Below, in pieces: positions 36,830 through 49,500 of a DNA stretch of 64,000 nt. The position numbers were made by a program, and so were the translations under genes. The stretch covers positions 573,356 to 637,355 of the forward strand of contig NW_018405113.1 in the NCBI RefSeq assembly GCF_002113885.1, in the 5' to 3' direction. The notes beneath the pieces were generated by a model. That model saw nothing but the letters and a program-made list of their open reading frames with translations, made no database searches and was not told the origin of the DNA. The first letter of the stretch is position 1; each line of letters opens with the position of its first letter. Source of the DNA: Mizuhopecten yessoensis. Its lineage: Eukaryota.

Positions 36830-39800
36830 CCTCGCGCGTCACACGGAGATAGAGTTACCGACCCTGCCCTGTTCTCCTGTATGAATACGGTAATGCAACT
36901 TAAGTTTGTCGTGAAGAATGATTGTAAACACAGTGAAGTTATATTTGGCAATGATGACGATTAAAGGTTCTCCAGAAGCGTTTTAGAAATTTTCTCTCTC
37001 AAAATGTTTATTTGGTTGATATGCTGGTACGTCAACAGACATTTTCACTGCTTTTATTACAGTGGTTTTGAATAAGTAGAGGAAACGCTTGTACAGTTAT
37101 AATTAATGAAACGACAATAATTCTGCAATAAACATGTAAACATGTTTGTATGCCTTGCCTCTTAATTTGTCAATTGGGGATACACGAGGTATTTCCAACT
37201 TTGTCCATCAAGTTAATCGGAGTAATTTTAAAGGCAGTGCAAATAATATGATTTATTCACCAACTATGATAATGCTGTTAGCAGGTTTTTAAGCTGGTAC
37301 GACCATTACTTGCCATGCAGAGCCAACCATGCTCAACCAATGCATTCGGATTTGTGTTTAAGTGCCTAATAATTAACCAGTTCAGAGAGGGTGTTCATCT
37401 GAACCATTCCATTATACAAAACATGCACTTGTGTTAATTGGTTCTGTGGTTCTTTAAATTGAAAATGTAGAAGAACATTTCATACAATAAGCAGCCGTTC
37501 GTGCATTGTACCTGAATGTACTGCGACATACAATTGGTCATGAAAAAAATGTTAAATATGCTTCGGCAATATGTAAAGGAAAATGTACAGGAATCGTTTA
37601 GAAGTTAACATGTGTTGTGAAAAGAGCGGTGGTATTAGGCGGTATATTACTGTGCAGTTTTTATAGTAAACGTCACGGCAGGGTCAGGTTTCATCTCCAC
37701 TACTGGAGGTTCCCGACCAATATAGGGCGTCTATCTAACTCTGGTCGAATTTCAAAGTTGACTTCCTGAGTTTACTACCAATATTGATGAATTAACACCA
37801 GATTTAGATCCTAAAGATATTTTATATCAGCACCTTTTCACCTCAGTAACACCACTGAATTTGTTTTGTCCTGTAATGCTTTGTCTAGCGTGACTAGGGG
37901 GTAGATATACAGGTGGCCACGTGGCATTTTATAAACATCAGTCTTTTTCCAACGATAACTTTGTCATAGATATTTGTCCCTCATATCAGTAATATGACAC
38001 GGTGACACAGATAGATGTACAGTTCTTTAACATTACGTTGTTCACATTTGGTTCACTGACCAGTAAATAATCTTACTAAAAGTTTATAGATAACGAGACA
38101 TAAATTCATTTTTTTTCATTTTTAACTTTATATAAATATCAGTCGTCTCGACTGGACCTCAGCTTGACTCCCGTAACGTTTTATCCTGTGTTCATTTTCT
38201 TTATATTATCCGTGAAACGTTTATTAAAGACTTAAATAGTAGTAATTTAGTAGGCTAATCGTACCTGAGCTAAATGTTGGCACATGTTTACTAAGACAAT
38301 TTCATTTAGTCTATATACCAAATAAAGATATTTTTTAAAAGAAATTAAGCCAAGGATATGTATAATAATGCTATTATGCTAAACCGATTTGCAGTACTGA
38401 TGAACAGTATTGCATCGAACGTTTAAGCAATAAGCTGGATATGTAGATGTGGTTATCACACGCAAACTGAAATTAGCGCGCTAGCGCTGTATGTTATTAT
38501 TGTATTGGCATATATGAAGAAAAAACACCTACCACATAAGCTTAATTAGGATAAAAAGTTGTGTATAGTGGTCAGTGAAATGTATATGATGTGTAGGAAC
38601 TCAATCAATCAATTCATCACATTGCAATATTTTGTTTATATTGCCAATGATGTAAAAACCTAGTCTACTGATTCCCCCATTGTAACTGGTATGGATGAAA
38701 ATTATACAAATGTCTAACAAAGGTAAGGATACTACGTACTTTAACATTTTGTTGTCCTGACACATGTCTGTACTTGGATATGTTTCTAATTGAGGTTCAG
38801 AGATCGGCATATCAGGAAATCAAAAATAAAGTTAGCTTACGTTTAATTTAAACATCATAAATTCCTTTCTCGTTAAACATATCCGGAATCTGATATAAAT
38901 AAAATAACACTTGGAGATCGATAACGGTATTACCTATTTATATACTGAACTGTATTTATATAGATTATTGTCTGTGTGATATCTGTAACGTTTGTAACCG
39001 CCTGATCAAACCCTCGTACGTCAGACGGAGATAGAGTTACGTACCCTGCCCTGTCCAAGTACGGGGCCAATATAGGATTACAGGTATATATCTTCCTGAC
39101 CTTAGTGTAACAGATGGCAATCTTTTATACCGTTTTATACAGGTTTATTTTTGCCGTGAAAACATATAGAATATGTTTGTTTCAAATGCCATTTTTCTAA
39201 TTCAGTGATAGGATTTCGTTTCGTTCACTTTACTCAAAATAGTGTTATTGAATATATCTTTAAATAGTGTTGTTAATTATAATAAAAATGATTTTTTTGT
39301 CAAATGTCACAATATACTACATCTCTCTTATAATTACTTGCTCACCCATGTTATGATATGTGTAACTTGGTTGTTGTTGAAGTAATACATTTGAAAATGC
39401 TTTCATAAATTATTTCCAATCATATGAAGATGAATTATATATATGTTTTTGCTTTATCATTTGATTCTGTCTAAAGCTAGATGTTTTGTGAATTACTTTA
39501 GTAAACGTTACGACATGATCGTGTTACATCCGACATATTGACACTCTGCAGGAGACATTCGACCCACATACAGGTGTCCATCTATCTCTGGTCTTATGAT
39601 CGAATTTCAAAGTTGACGTTATGAGTAAACTACCAACATAGATCAATTAAAGTATCATAGTTAAATCTAATAGACGACAATATACTCGATCAACACCTTT
39701 TCACATCATTAACACCACTGAATTTGTTTTGTGTTGTTCCATCTGTGTAGCGAGACCAGGGGATATGTGTATAGGTGTATTACAAAGCATATAACGAATG

Positions 39801-41820
39801 TCAGTCCAATACTGTAATATTATCAGAGATATTTGTCCTTCATGTCAATACTGTCACAAATTAATAAAGATATATGTATAAAATGAGCCAGCACATTTAA
39901 AATTAGATTGATTGAATCGTATACACATGATCCTATTTAGGCAGACAGAGTCACCGGGTTCATATGACACTAATTAATATTTTTGATAAATGCTATGAAT
40001 ATTGCATTTGTTAATCCCAATTACACTATCTCTTTTTTGCACGGATAATATATATTCCTCATGTGTTTATTCTCTCAATTGTGTTTTCTAAACTACTTTA
40101 AACCAACTTACACATGTGTTAGACTGAGAAATATAATTGCAATGTTAGGAAATTTCTTGAAACGTTATAAAGACACAAAAAGATTAACTTATATCATTTG
40201 TTGTACAAAAATAATCGTGCATCTAAAATGTCAGACAATTTATAACTGCAGAAAGTTGCACAATGTTTTAAAATTTATTTTGAATAGGATATATATGATG
40301 ATTAGAGTAATTTAGACTGCGGGACTGAGAGGGAAAATATCGATTTATATAAAGATATGGAAACCAATTAAATTCATTCTGTTTTGGCATATAAGCATAC
40401 TGTATTATTATTTCAAATCATCTAAAAATGTAATGAAAAAAAAAGATCCACGGAAGCCAAAACAGCGTATCGCTTTGAAACATAATTCAATTAAACTATT
40501 AATTCCATAATTGTTAAACACATTTACATAATTAATAAGCGTAGCATTCTATTTATACAACTTAATGTCTTTAATTAAATCTCTGCCTGCAGGGATTCTT
40601 TTATATGTGCATCGTTCCGGTCCAAAATCCTCCGCTCGTCAGACGGCGATAGAGTTACCCTCCCTTCGTTGTTTATTAAGTATGGGGTCGGTGTAGATCC
40701 TTCCTGTCTGGGTATTATTACAGGGTAACAGATTGTGACCTATTGCTAGGTTATATAAAACCGATTAATCAAGACGTTAAATGCATTTACATTTAACACA
40801 ATTAATGCAATGTATTTTAAATGCCAATATTTGAGCCAATGGTATGGTTTTCCCTTGTTTGTCTTTTTTGTGTCTTTTTCTTTCGCACAGTATTTATAGA
40901 GCTTGCATAGCTACAATATGTCTTTTGTTTTTATCTTCATAAAAACTTACCTGGGAGTGAAGTGAAATAAATACATTGTTTTATATATTTCACAGTTTTA
41001 TATATTTCACAGTTTTATACATTTCACAGTTTTATATATTTCACAGTTTTATATATTTCACAGTTTTATACATTTCACAACAAAAAAGAAAGAACACTCT
41101 GTCCATGTTTAAAAAAAATTGGCAATGAATAAACATATACTCAACATATTAAACATATTGCTAAGTTGTTGATACAAATATACGGTTCATGCCATCATTA
41201 TTGTGTATCTAAACGCAATTGAAAACAATATAGGAAATAATTTTAAACATGTTATAAAACTACATGTACTAGTTTTCGCTTTTGATTTATTTGTAGTTCT
41301 ACATGCATTCTCGAGTACAATGTGAATTAGTCTAAGATATTGTGTAAAAGATATCCTGCGTATGTTGTGGTCAATGTCACAAAATTTAAGAATTAAATCC
41401 TAACATACCCTTTGTTTTATTGTAGAGGTTTCAATATAACGCATTGGTCGAATTTTAAAGTCGATTTTATTATTTAACAAGTAACAAAGAGACGTAAAAT
41501 CGATTTCAATCTCACAGATAACAACATATTTGATCAGCACCTGTTATCCTTGTTAACCCTACTAGATTAGTTTCGTTTTGTCTCACCTGTGTAGGGAAGA
41601 TTTATATATATTAATATACAGGTGTTTTACGTATCATATTACTAACGTTGGTTTTTATGACAAATGTATCAAAGGTATGTGTCCTTCATGTCAACAGCGT
41701 GAATAAATAATAAAGATGAATATAAATGTAAGAATGAGACAGCACATTTAAAATCAGATTGATAATATCATATACACTTGTCCATAATTTATTATCCAGA
41801 GTCACGAGACTTTTACTGCT
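36830..41820. repeat. Three diverged tandem copies of a ~1.6-2.2 kb non-coding module
   Basis: Collinear conserved blocks. X, CGTCA(C/G)ACGG(A/C)GATAGAGTTAC..CCCT: ~36830, 39012, 40629. Y, TCGAATTT(C/T)AAAGT(T/C)GA: 37745, 39600, 41447, followed by ATCA(G/A)CACCT...TAAC.C.ACT...GTTTTGT at ~37826, 39689, 41533. Z, TGTCC(C/T)TCAT(A/G)TCA: ~37970, 39830, 41677. Confidence 0.8.
40978..41079. repeat. 17-bp minisatellite, 6 copies
   Basis: Unit GTTTTATA(T/C)ATTTCACA. Confidence 0.92.
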
Positions 41821-42103
41821 AAGTTCTTATTTGATTAATTATAACTTATCATTGTAATCAATACCTGCTAATCCCGATTAAATTCACGTTCAGCCGTAAT
41901 GCTATGATATCTAATTTACTTCTAATGTACATGAAACTGTATCTAATGAGTTTAATATTAAAAAGTTAGTAAGCTAATCTTGGACAATACAGATTTGGCC
42001 TGGAAAACCATTTTACACCTGCACCTTTCAATGTAACACATGTTTCACATGTGAAACTATTACAAAAAGTTTAGATATTAAAAAGTTAGTAGGCTAATAT
42101 AGC

Positions 42104-42516
42104 TGTGACCCGGAAAATTACTTGGCATCTGTTAAAAACACGTGTTTGGTCAAAATTCGGTCATTGCTACAAAAACGACAAGACAATAATATAAGTTTAA
42201 CAATTGGCTTGAGGAATATAGCAACTGTCTTGTTCTCTTTGTTGAGGGGATATCAGAAACTTCCTTTATCACGAATTCCTACATTTAAGTTTTATCATGC
42301 CGGCTTAGAAGCCGAGATATTTTTATAAATCAATAATCCAACAATAATTTCCACAAAACTTCTGAGAGTCATATCTACTCTTTCGATATAATCTGCGCTT
42401 TCGTATCCAATCGATAAAAAATGAGAGGTATGGGGTAATACCAATTTCAAGGCCGATAGAGGACTGAGAAGTTAAGCCGTTGCAAAAGTAGAGCTCTAGT
42501 CAGTTTTACGGGTTAC
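42104..42516. mobile_element. Possible degenerate MITE
   Basis: Imperfect terminal inverted match GTGACCCGGAAAATT / AGTTTTACGGGTTAC. No TSD identified. Confidence 0.35.
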
Positions 42517-45431
42517 TTTTAAACAGAATTAAAAAAAATGTAGACTTAAATTAGATTTAAACGAATTTAGATATTTACATCGTGTAGGAATATATTGTTT
42601 TTCTATTAAAAAATACTTAAAAGATAGATAATTCTCATTTAATCTGGTAAAATGAAATTTCCAATATACCGTTCATATCAATAATTCACCTGATAACGTT
42701 CTAATAATTCAAAACAAAGATTCTCTACAGCGATAAAAAAGATTATATAAAGCTCGTACTTGGTGTTCGACACCATATGGCACATTTTCGTGCTAATCTA
42801 AAATAATTAATGATGTGAAAACTCCGGGTGGCATATTATTCTGCACTACGTCAAACACACACCGTCGGGGAAATAAATTATATGCCCTCTACATGGTAAA
42901 TCTATTCAAACATTCTCAAGAATGTTATTCCAAGTGTAAAAGACTGCATTATCGTTAAAACCTTTCTTCATTTAACGATAAAACCTTTCTTCATTTAATA
43001 GATAATTAAGTTCGTTGTTAAATATTTAAATCGCTTTACTTAGGACTAAATGTAGATTATAATAGAGTGAATGTATGGTGTAGCTTTGTGTTGTTCATTG
43101 TTTGTAACTTTGCCGGTGGTAAAGACGTTGGTGCATTAGTCATTTGTTATATTTACGGATTACAAATATGAGATTTAAATGTCTAAAATCTTTTGGTTAG
43201 TCTATTAAAGTGTCAAGAGCTATTGAATAGATTACCTGTCAGGAAAATTACAAAGGTGTACAAAGAAAATGGAATGCGTCACACTCAGAGTCGTACAATA
43301 AACCAGTTGTAGCCGTGTGTATTTTCACACGTATTTCTTCTTACTCAGAAAATATGTAATATACACAAAGGTTCTCTTTTCCTTTTGAAATATGAAACAA
43401 TTCCGTCTAATTTGATACGTGAAATGTCAATTTCTTAGCGTTATCAGGCCCGGCATCTGTGAAGGTCTCTAGCTTTAGTTAAAATGGTTGTATACATGCC
43501 CTTTTACATGTACCACACGAGTGAAATTATTTTATGATTTACAGAGAAACACACACAGAAAAACACGTTACTATGTAAGACATTGAATGATGTAATCCTA
43601 TGTATTTTAGATACGTACGCCTACGACGAAACGTTGACTCACACGTATACCTGGTCAGTGTGTTTAAAACTCTCCAGTCTGATTCACACAGTATGATTAA
43701 ACTCCGTCTGTGACTGGTCATTGTTTCAACAAACTGGACCAATATACCTGGGTAGTTAAGTATATTCTCACCGTTTTAGTATGTTGTATAATCGGTAATT
43801 ACATAAATACCACGCCACTAATGTATGTACGGTAGATTATCACTAAAGTAAAGACATTCTTTTTGGACTTAGATATAACAAGACTTGTCAGCTTAACAAA
43901 AAATCAACTCAGTTTTCAAAATTAACAATATCAATACTTTCGTGGGGTTTAATTGCTAATTTTGCCGCATTTCATTTGAAATATTATATTTACTTTTTGT
44001 TTTAATCTGTAAAGCTTATTGAGCTAGCACATCGTTCTGATCAGGTTCTAGCCTTTCATTCCTGATATGATTATGTCAAGCTGTAGGATATTTGTGACTA
44101 TGGAACTGTTGTCTTTGAAGATTTCATAAAGAACGTGGTTGTATGGACGACTCCTATGCCATTATAACTAAGTATCAAAATGGTTTGTGTTATAAAAATG
44201 TGGGCAAAGCACATTTAACCATATACAGCTGATATTCATTAGTAGTGTTTATCGATTTACTTTTTAAACAATTAGTATGTTATATACGTGCTCTTTATCT
44301 GCATCTTATCAATAGTTCAAATACGTCCATATTACATATGTGCTAAACTACAGAACACATAATTCTTATGAAACTGTCTGTGTACTTATCAAAATACCGA
44401 TCTATACGGGCTTCTGAAAGAAAACGATTCAATATCGTATATTTAAATATCTACACTAATATCTCTTGTATTCCTGATTAAAACAAGTGTTACAAATCAT
44501 AATAGAAGTTTATATTGATTATATTTTCCAGTAGTCCTATGTGCTACGAGGATATCCCGGAAACTGTTATTGCATCAAATAAGTACTGCATGTTATTATG
44601 TTTAAGAAACTATTGTTTTAGTACAAGATATTAATAAAGTGACTAAAACACTTTTCTTTTATTAGATATTTTATTATTCATGTAAATCAAATGCAAATTG
44701 CATTATGTCGTTTATTTTTTTTATACAGAGTCAACTTTCTTCCGCTTTTCTACACATCTATGCACATATATACATTTACACACTTTTTTATCGGCCACTA
44801 TTTGGTCGAAAGTCTACATAGTTTCTCATTCGTAAAAAATGGTAACATACAAGTACATGTGTCACATAACATACATATAAATGGCATAGTCATCGGCTGA
44901 CCATTCCTTGTCGTTAATAACAGAATACAGACACATTCAATTTCTCAATTATAAAATACACACATAAATACTATCATATTCATTCATTCAACCATAACAA
45001 ATGACAATACCAGTAGAACACATTAAATTAGGTAGATTGAGCAAAATGTCAATTAGTTCATGAAAGACAAATGTATTTGGTTATTAATGAATTTCTTGTT
45101 TTCACCATATTTAAGAACTAAGGTGTCTGTTGTCAATGTTTTGTCAATAGAATTGTTGACCAAATGATACGGTCATAGAGCACCATGAGTGAAATATCTT
45201 CCACGTTCGTCGCGAATTCGGATTCTTCAAAAAGTTGACTAAGGACGAGACAACTGTCTTACAGGATTCGAGGTTCTGATATGCCCATTTTTGCAAGAAC
45301 CGCATGAGACACATGTCCATTTCCTGACACTTTTATGGCTGAACACATGTATGTAAAAGTTCACAAAATCATCGAACTCTTTTGAATGTTTTTTAAGTTG
45401 TAAAATACATATTTATACGTATACGTATAGA

Positions 45432-46398
45432 TCAATGCTGTTGTGATCTTGCAAATTTCCACAGCTTGATATTTCTTCTCAGGATTTGCTCGTACGAGTA
45501 ATACTCCGTGTTGGAATCCTTAGTAACGTGGGCTGAGGCGTTCGCTACAGACCGTGATCTTGACGTAGCGGAAGAGAAAGAGTCACTGAGGTTTTGTTCG
45601 TACCCAAACAAGCTGTCATCGCTATCAGAATCAGCAGAACTAAGATCTTCCATAGAACCACATGTATCTGGAAGAAGATAATGAAACGTATTAAAAATAT
45701 GACTGATTAATATCATTTTAGTGTAATAAATTGTACAATTGTTAGGAAACGAAGTGCTCATTTTATTTCAAATTAAACATGGATACGTTCTTTGGTGCAT
45801 TTTAAGTGTACTGTACAATTGGCTTTGTGACTCAGTTCTTACATTTCCTTAAACTATTTATGGATACGTTTTAAATTATCTCAACTCTTATCCATTCAGG
45901 ATAATCTAGATGTATAGTTACCTTCAATGCTTGAGAGAGATCCACTTAGACTCCCATTCATACTACAGTAGTTGGGCACACTTTGCTGGCGGACAAGAGG
46001 AGTTTCTTCTGGAATAGATTCATTGTGATTTACAAAAACTCGACGACCGTTTAAAATGGCGAATTTCTTCTTAACTGGACCATGTAAACCTGGTCGCTGT
46101 TTGGAAAGTTTCTGGATGGTATCGTTGATGCTGATTAGCTGCTTCATCAAGTGGACATCTTGTTGTCTCAAATCCACCTGTAATTCAAAACAGAACGGTC
46201 TATCAATTACTATTTCAAAGAAATGAATTCTAATGAGAATTTTATTGAAAATCTTAACTATTTGTGCAATATGAAATTAATATTATCTTGAAAGATTTGC
46301 TCACGAAATATACTATAACTTACCATTTTTTTCTTTAGCGTTGCTAATGCGTCATTGATTCTGTCTGTAGAGGATGCTGATTTCATAATAGATGTCAT
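45432..46398 (-). CDS. LURAP (leucine-rich adaptor)-type domain protein, paralogue A, 188 aa
   Basis: Exons 46398-46324 (MTSIMKSASSTDRINDALATLKKKM), 46177-45922 (VDLRQQDVHLMKQLISINDTIQKLSKQR...SLSGSLSSIE) and 45667-45432 (DTCGSMEDLSSADSDSDDS...YEQILRRNIKLWKFARSQQH*). Junctions are GT-AG, phases 0 and 1. L..LK..M.DLRQQDV.L..QL..IN..I matches the LURAP1/LURAP1L zipper motif as recalled. Confidence 0.88.
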
Positions 46399-46496
46399 GG
46401 TAGTTTGCTGAAAGAAGACAAAATGTTCACCGAATAGTCGTAGTTAACAGGTCGCTGTCTCGATAAGAACTAATATAACTACTGTTTTCAATCCTA

Positions 46497-46590
46497 CTTA
46501 TACACATTAACTATGAATGGCTTCCTAACGTCTTTGTATGTGTATAGATTTTTCGGTCGAGTACACACTTCTTTACAGAACACCTGGTGT
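46497..46590 (-). promoter_or_regulatory. TATA box plus E-box promoter of paralogue A
   Basis: TATAAG at 46502-46497, ~100 nt upstream of the ATG. GAACACCTGG at 46578-46587 is shared exactly with paralogue B. Confidence 0.5.
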
Positions 46591-49500
46591 AGAAAATATG
46601 TACCATCGGATTGGGGTCTGTTACACCTGTGACAGGTAACGTTTGTGTCAGGTGATTGTACGGGAGGTGTGTTTTAACATTAAGATTACGTATGATACGG
46701 TTCCTCCGATCCAGTTGTGTTCCAGTGGTCCTCTCCTGCACAGCATAATCCCAGGTGGGTGTAAGAAATTCTACTACATCAGGAAATAAAAGGATACTTT
46801 TTAGTGGTGAAATAGATCTGCTGGTTTTCGTCCATATTCTCACATATCTGAAACAATCGTCAATGAAATATACTAAACGATTGTAAATACGATCGAACAT
46901 ATCCTCGGCCAATATATTCTAGGTGGTCGAGACTATCATTTTACACCATCTTGTTTTAGAAATATCTAAGCCAGTGGTAAAAATATAAAGCCGATTCATA
47001 CCATTTTTCCCCATAGGGGGGTCCTATTGTGTGTCACTCAAAAAGCTATCTGAGTATACTTGACATGAGGTTGAACTATTGATACCATTCGGCTTTTAAT
47101 CAAGGATAAATACCTAGCCACTTTATACGTTCAGAAATATATGTCAATTAACTTATCGCTTAAATCATCGGGAATAAGGCTACAGCAACCTCACAACGAA
47201 TCGACCTAACATTGGTTAAACTTGGCTTATGTAAATGGAAATTAAATGTACCTGTTGCATTAGAAACAAAATAATTGATACAAAATAAAAATGATAATAG
47301 AAACAAAATCGTGTGGGATATGAAGTAAAAGGAAATGATAAGCTTGCATTACAAAAGTAACACTGAGTGTCGAAACACGGTTATAGTTATCATACTAAGT
47401 ACCCTCCCAACCTTACCCTATGATATTCGGTTACATATAAGCAGGAAGGTATGAAACAAGATTATTATCGTTACTTGTGACGATCCAACAGTTAGTGCAA
47501 TAACCACGGAATTAAATCTGATTCCGTGTAGTAACTAATGAGTGTCGAGATAGTTCCTGTAAAAGCATATTTTCTTATAATTACGAGCGCTGAAATTTGA
47601 AATTCCGCTTTCGAATTCAGTTAACATTAGAATAATTATCATATTGAATAAATAGTAGCTTTAGTAAACAATGAACAAATTATTATTGATAAGAAGTATA
47701 TCGTGACGTTTTTTCCTTGTTTAATGATTTTTCCACGGAAAGATTATGTCTTTGTTTGAAAGGTTTTTACGTACTCGTTTCCCGTAAATAATGAAACAGG
47801 TATCGAATTGTTTACACCGATTGGTCTAATGTATGTAGGAAGAACAACGCTGGGTTGTTATGTAAACTTAACTAACTTGTACTTTTAATGTGGTAAATCC
47901 ATAGGTGAGGGAAACCAGAGAGAAACTACCTTAACATCTACGTGTATAATGTTGATGCATTCATATTTTGTCCAGTAACAAAACATTTTGTCGACGTATG
48001 CCATGGGAATTCCAGATCACAGTTTGCTTAACAACACCACTATCAACAAACCAGTTTTTGTGTTTTACGAAATATGTCCTTTTTTGGATTTATTTGTTAC
48101 CTAGCAGCTATGGTTTTTTTTTCGTTTTTTTTTTCTATTTTCACAATATGTCTATTTAAAAAGTATGGAAACAATTAGATAAAATACACAGTAAACAGTT
48201 CGGCATTGGCACTGTTTTCAATGCCATCTAACTATCAATTAATGACGTAGTGTTTGTTTTCCAAAATATATTGTTTTAATAGTGCATTTTATAGTTTTGC
48301 GGAATGTAATGCAAAATAAGAGTCAAAGTTTTTTGGGAGTGAAAATGGTACTTACAGGGGTCTTTTAAAAGTCCTGATTAGCATCTCAAATTGTATCCCT
48401 AATCTGGTGATGTTACTGTAGCTTCTTAAACTATGATGAAGTGACGAGTGTAGTTAATTTGGCCTGATTGCAACATTAACCGAACCTAATTTACTACAAA
48501 AAACGGTTATATTAATCCTGTGTTGACGAGGATCAGAATACTAAATTGGCGTCCAGCCGACCAACTGGTCGTATACTATTTCACTGAGTAATGATCCTCC
48601 GACAAACACATTACTAGAAGCCCCCTGGTTTATTTTAATGCTGTTTCATGTATGTGATAAGAAATTGATATATATACATGCGCTTAAAATAAGGAGAAAG
48701 AATATTTGCTGATATTTAAGAAACATACTTTTGATATTGAAAAAATGTAAATTTCAGCACATTTTTATTTTAAACATCAGCCCATGATTTTTATTTCACA
48801 TTGCATATTATCTGCATTGAAATAATAATAGCATTGTTAAAATATGTTAGAAAAAGCCTTTCAAATATCTTTTCAACAGCAGAAACTGTTTTTTAATCAA
48901 AGTATCTGAACTTTAGTTGATAACATTCGAAGCGTAATACATTTCATTGATAAAAGAAACTATTGTTATACTATTATATTATATTATTACTTTTAAAATT
49001 AATAACCTATTTTTTAAGATAAATATATCGTCTTATCAACTCAAGAATAAAATATCAATTAAGAATAGAACGAGAGGTATACGGGAGAGCTTAGGTTTCC
49101 TTTAAACATCTTACTTAACATTTGTTTACTAGGGATTTAAACCCCTCCACCCATTTTTAAAGTGCAGTCTTTAAACGACGAACTCCTATTTATTCTGCTG
49201 GGCCCTCCTTTCATCCTTTTTTAAAACTAGTATTTACAAGACTTACCGTTATTTCCATGTTAGGGCATATTGATATTTCCCGAACAGGTTGATAAAAAAT
49301 CCCATTTTTGCACCGGCTTGTATAATTTTAATTTGTAAATATAAGTATAGCATTATTAAACTATATGTCAAAAACTTACTTATAGCTTCAGTATAAATTA
49401 AGCTTAGCAGTTGCAGACAGTTATGTTAAGGTTCAAGCAATCAATTAGTAATCAATACTATGTTTAGAAAAAAACAATCACGTCATATGAAATACATATA

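Noticed and set aside
46511-46912. 133-aa minus-strand ORF upstream of paralogue A
   Set aside because: Non-ATG start, no recognisable motif, overlaps the promoter region and has no counterpart at paralogue B.
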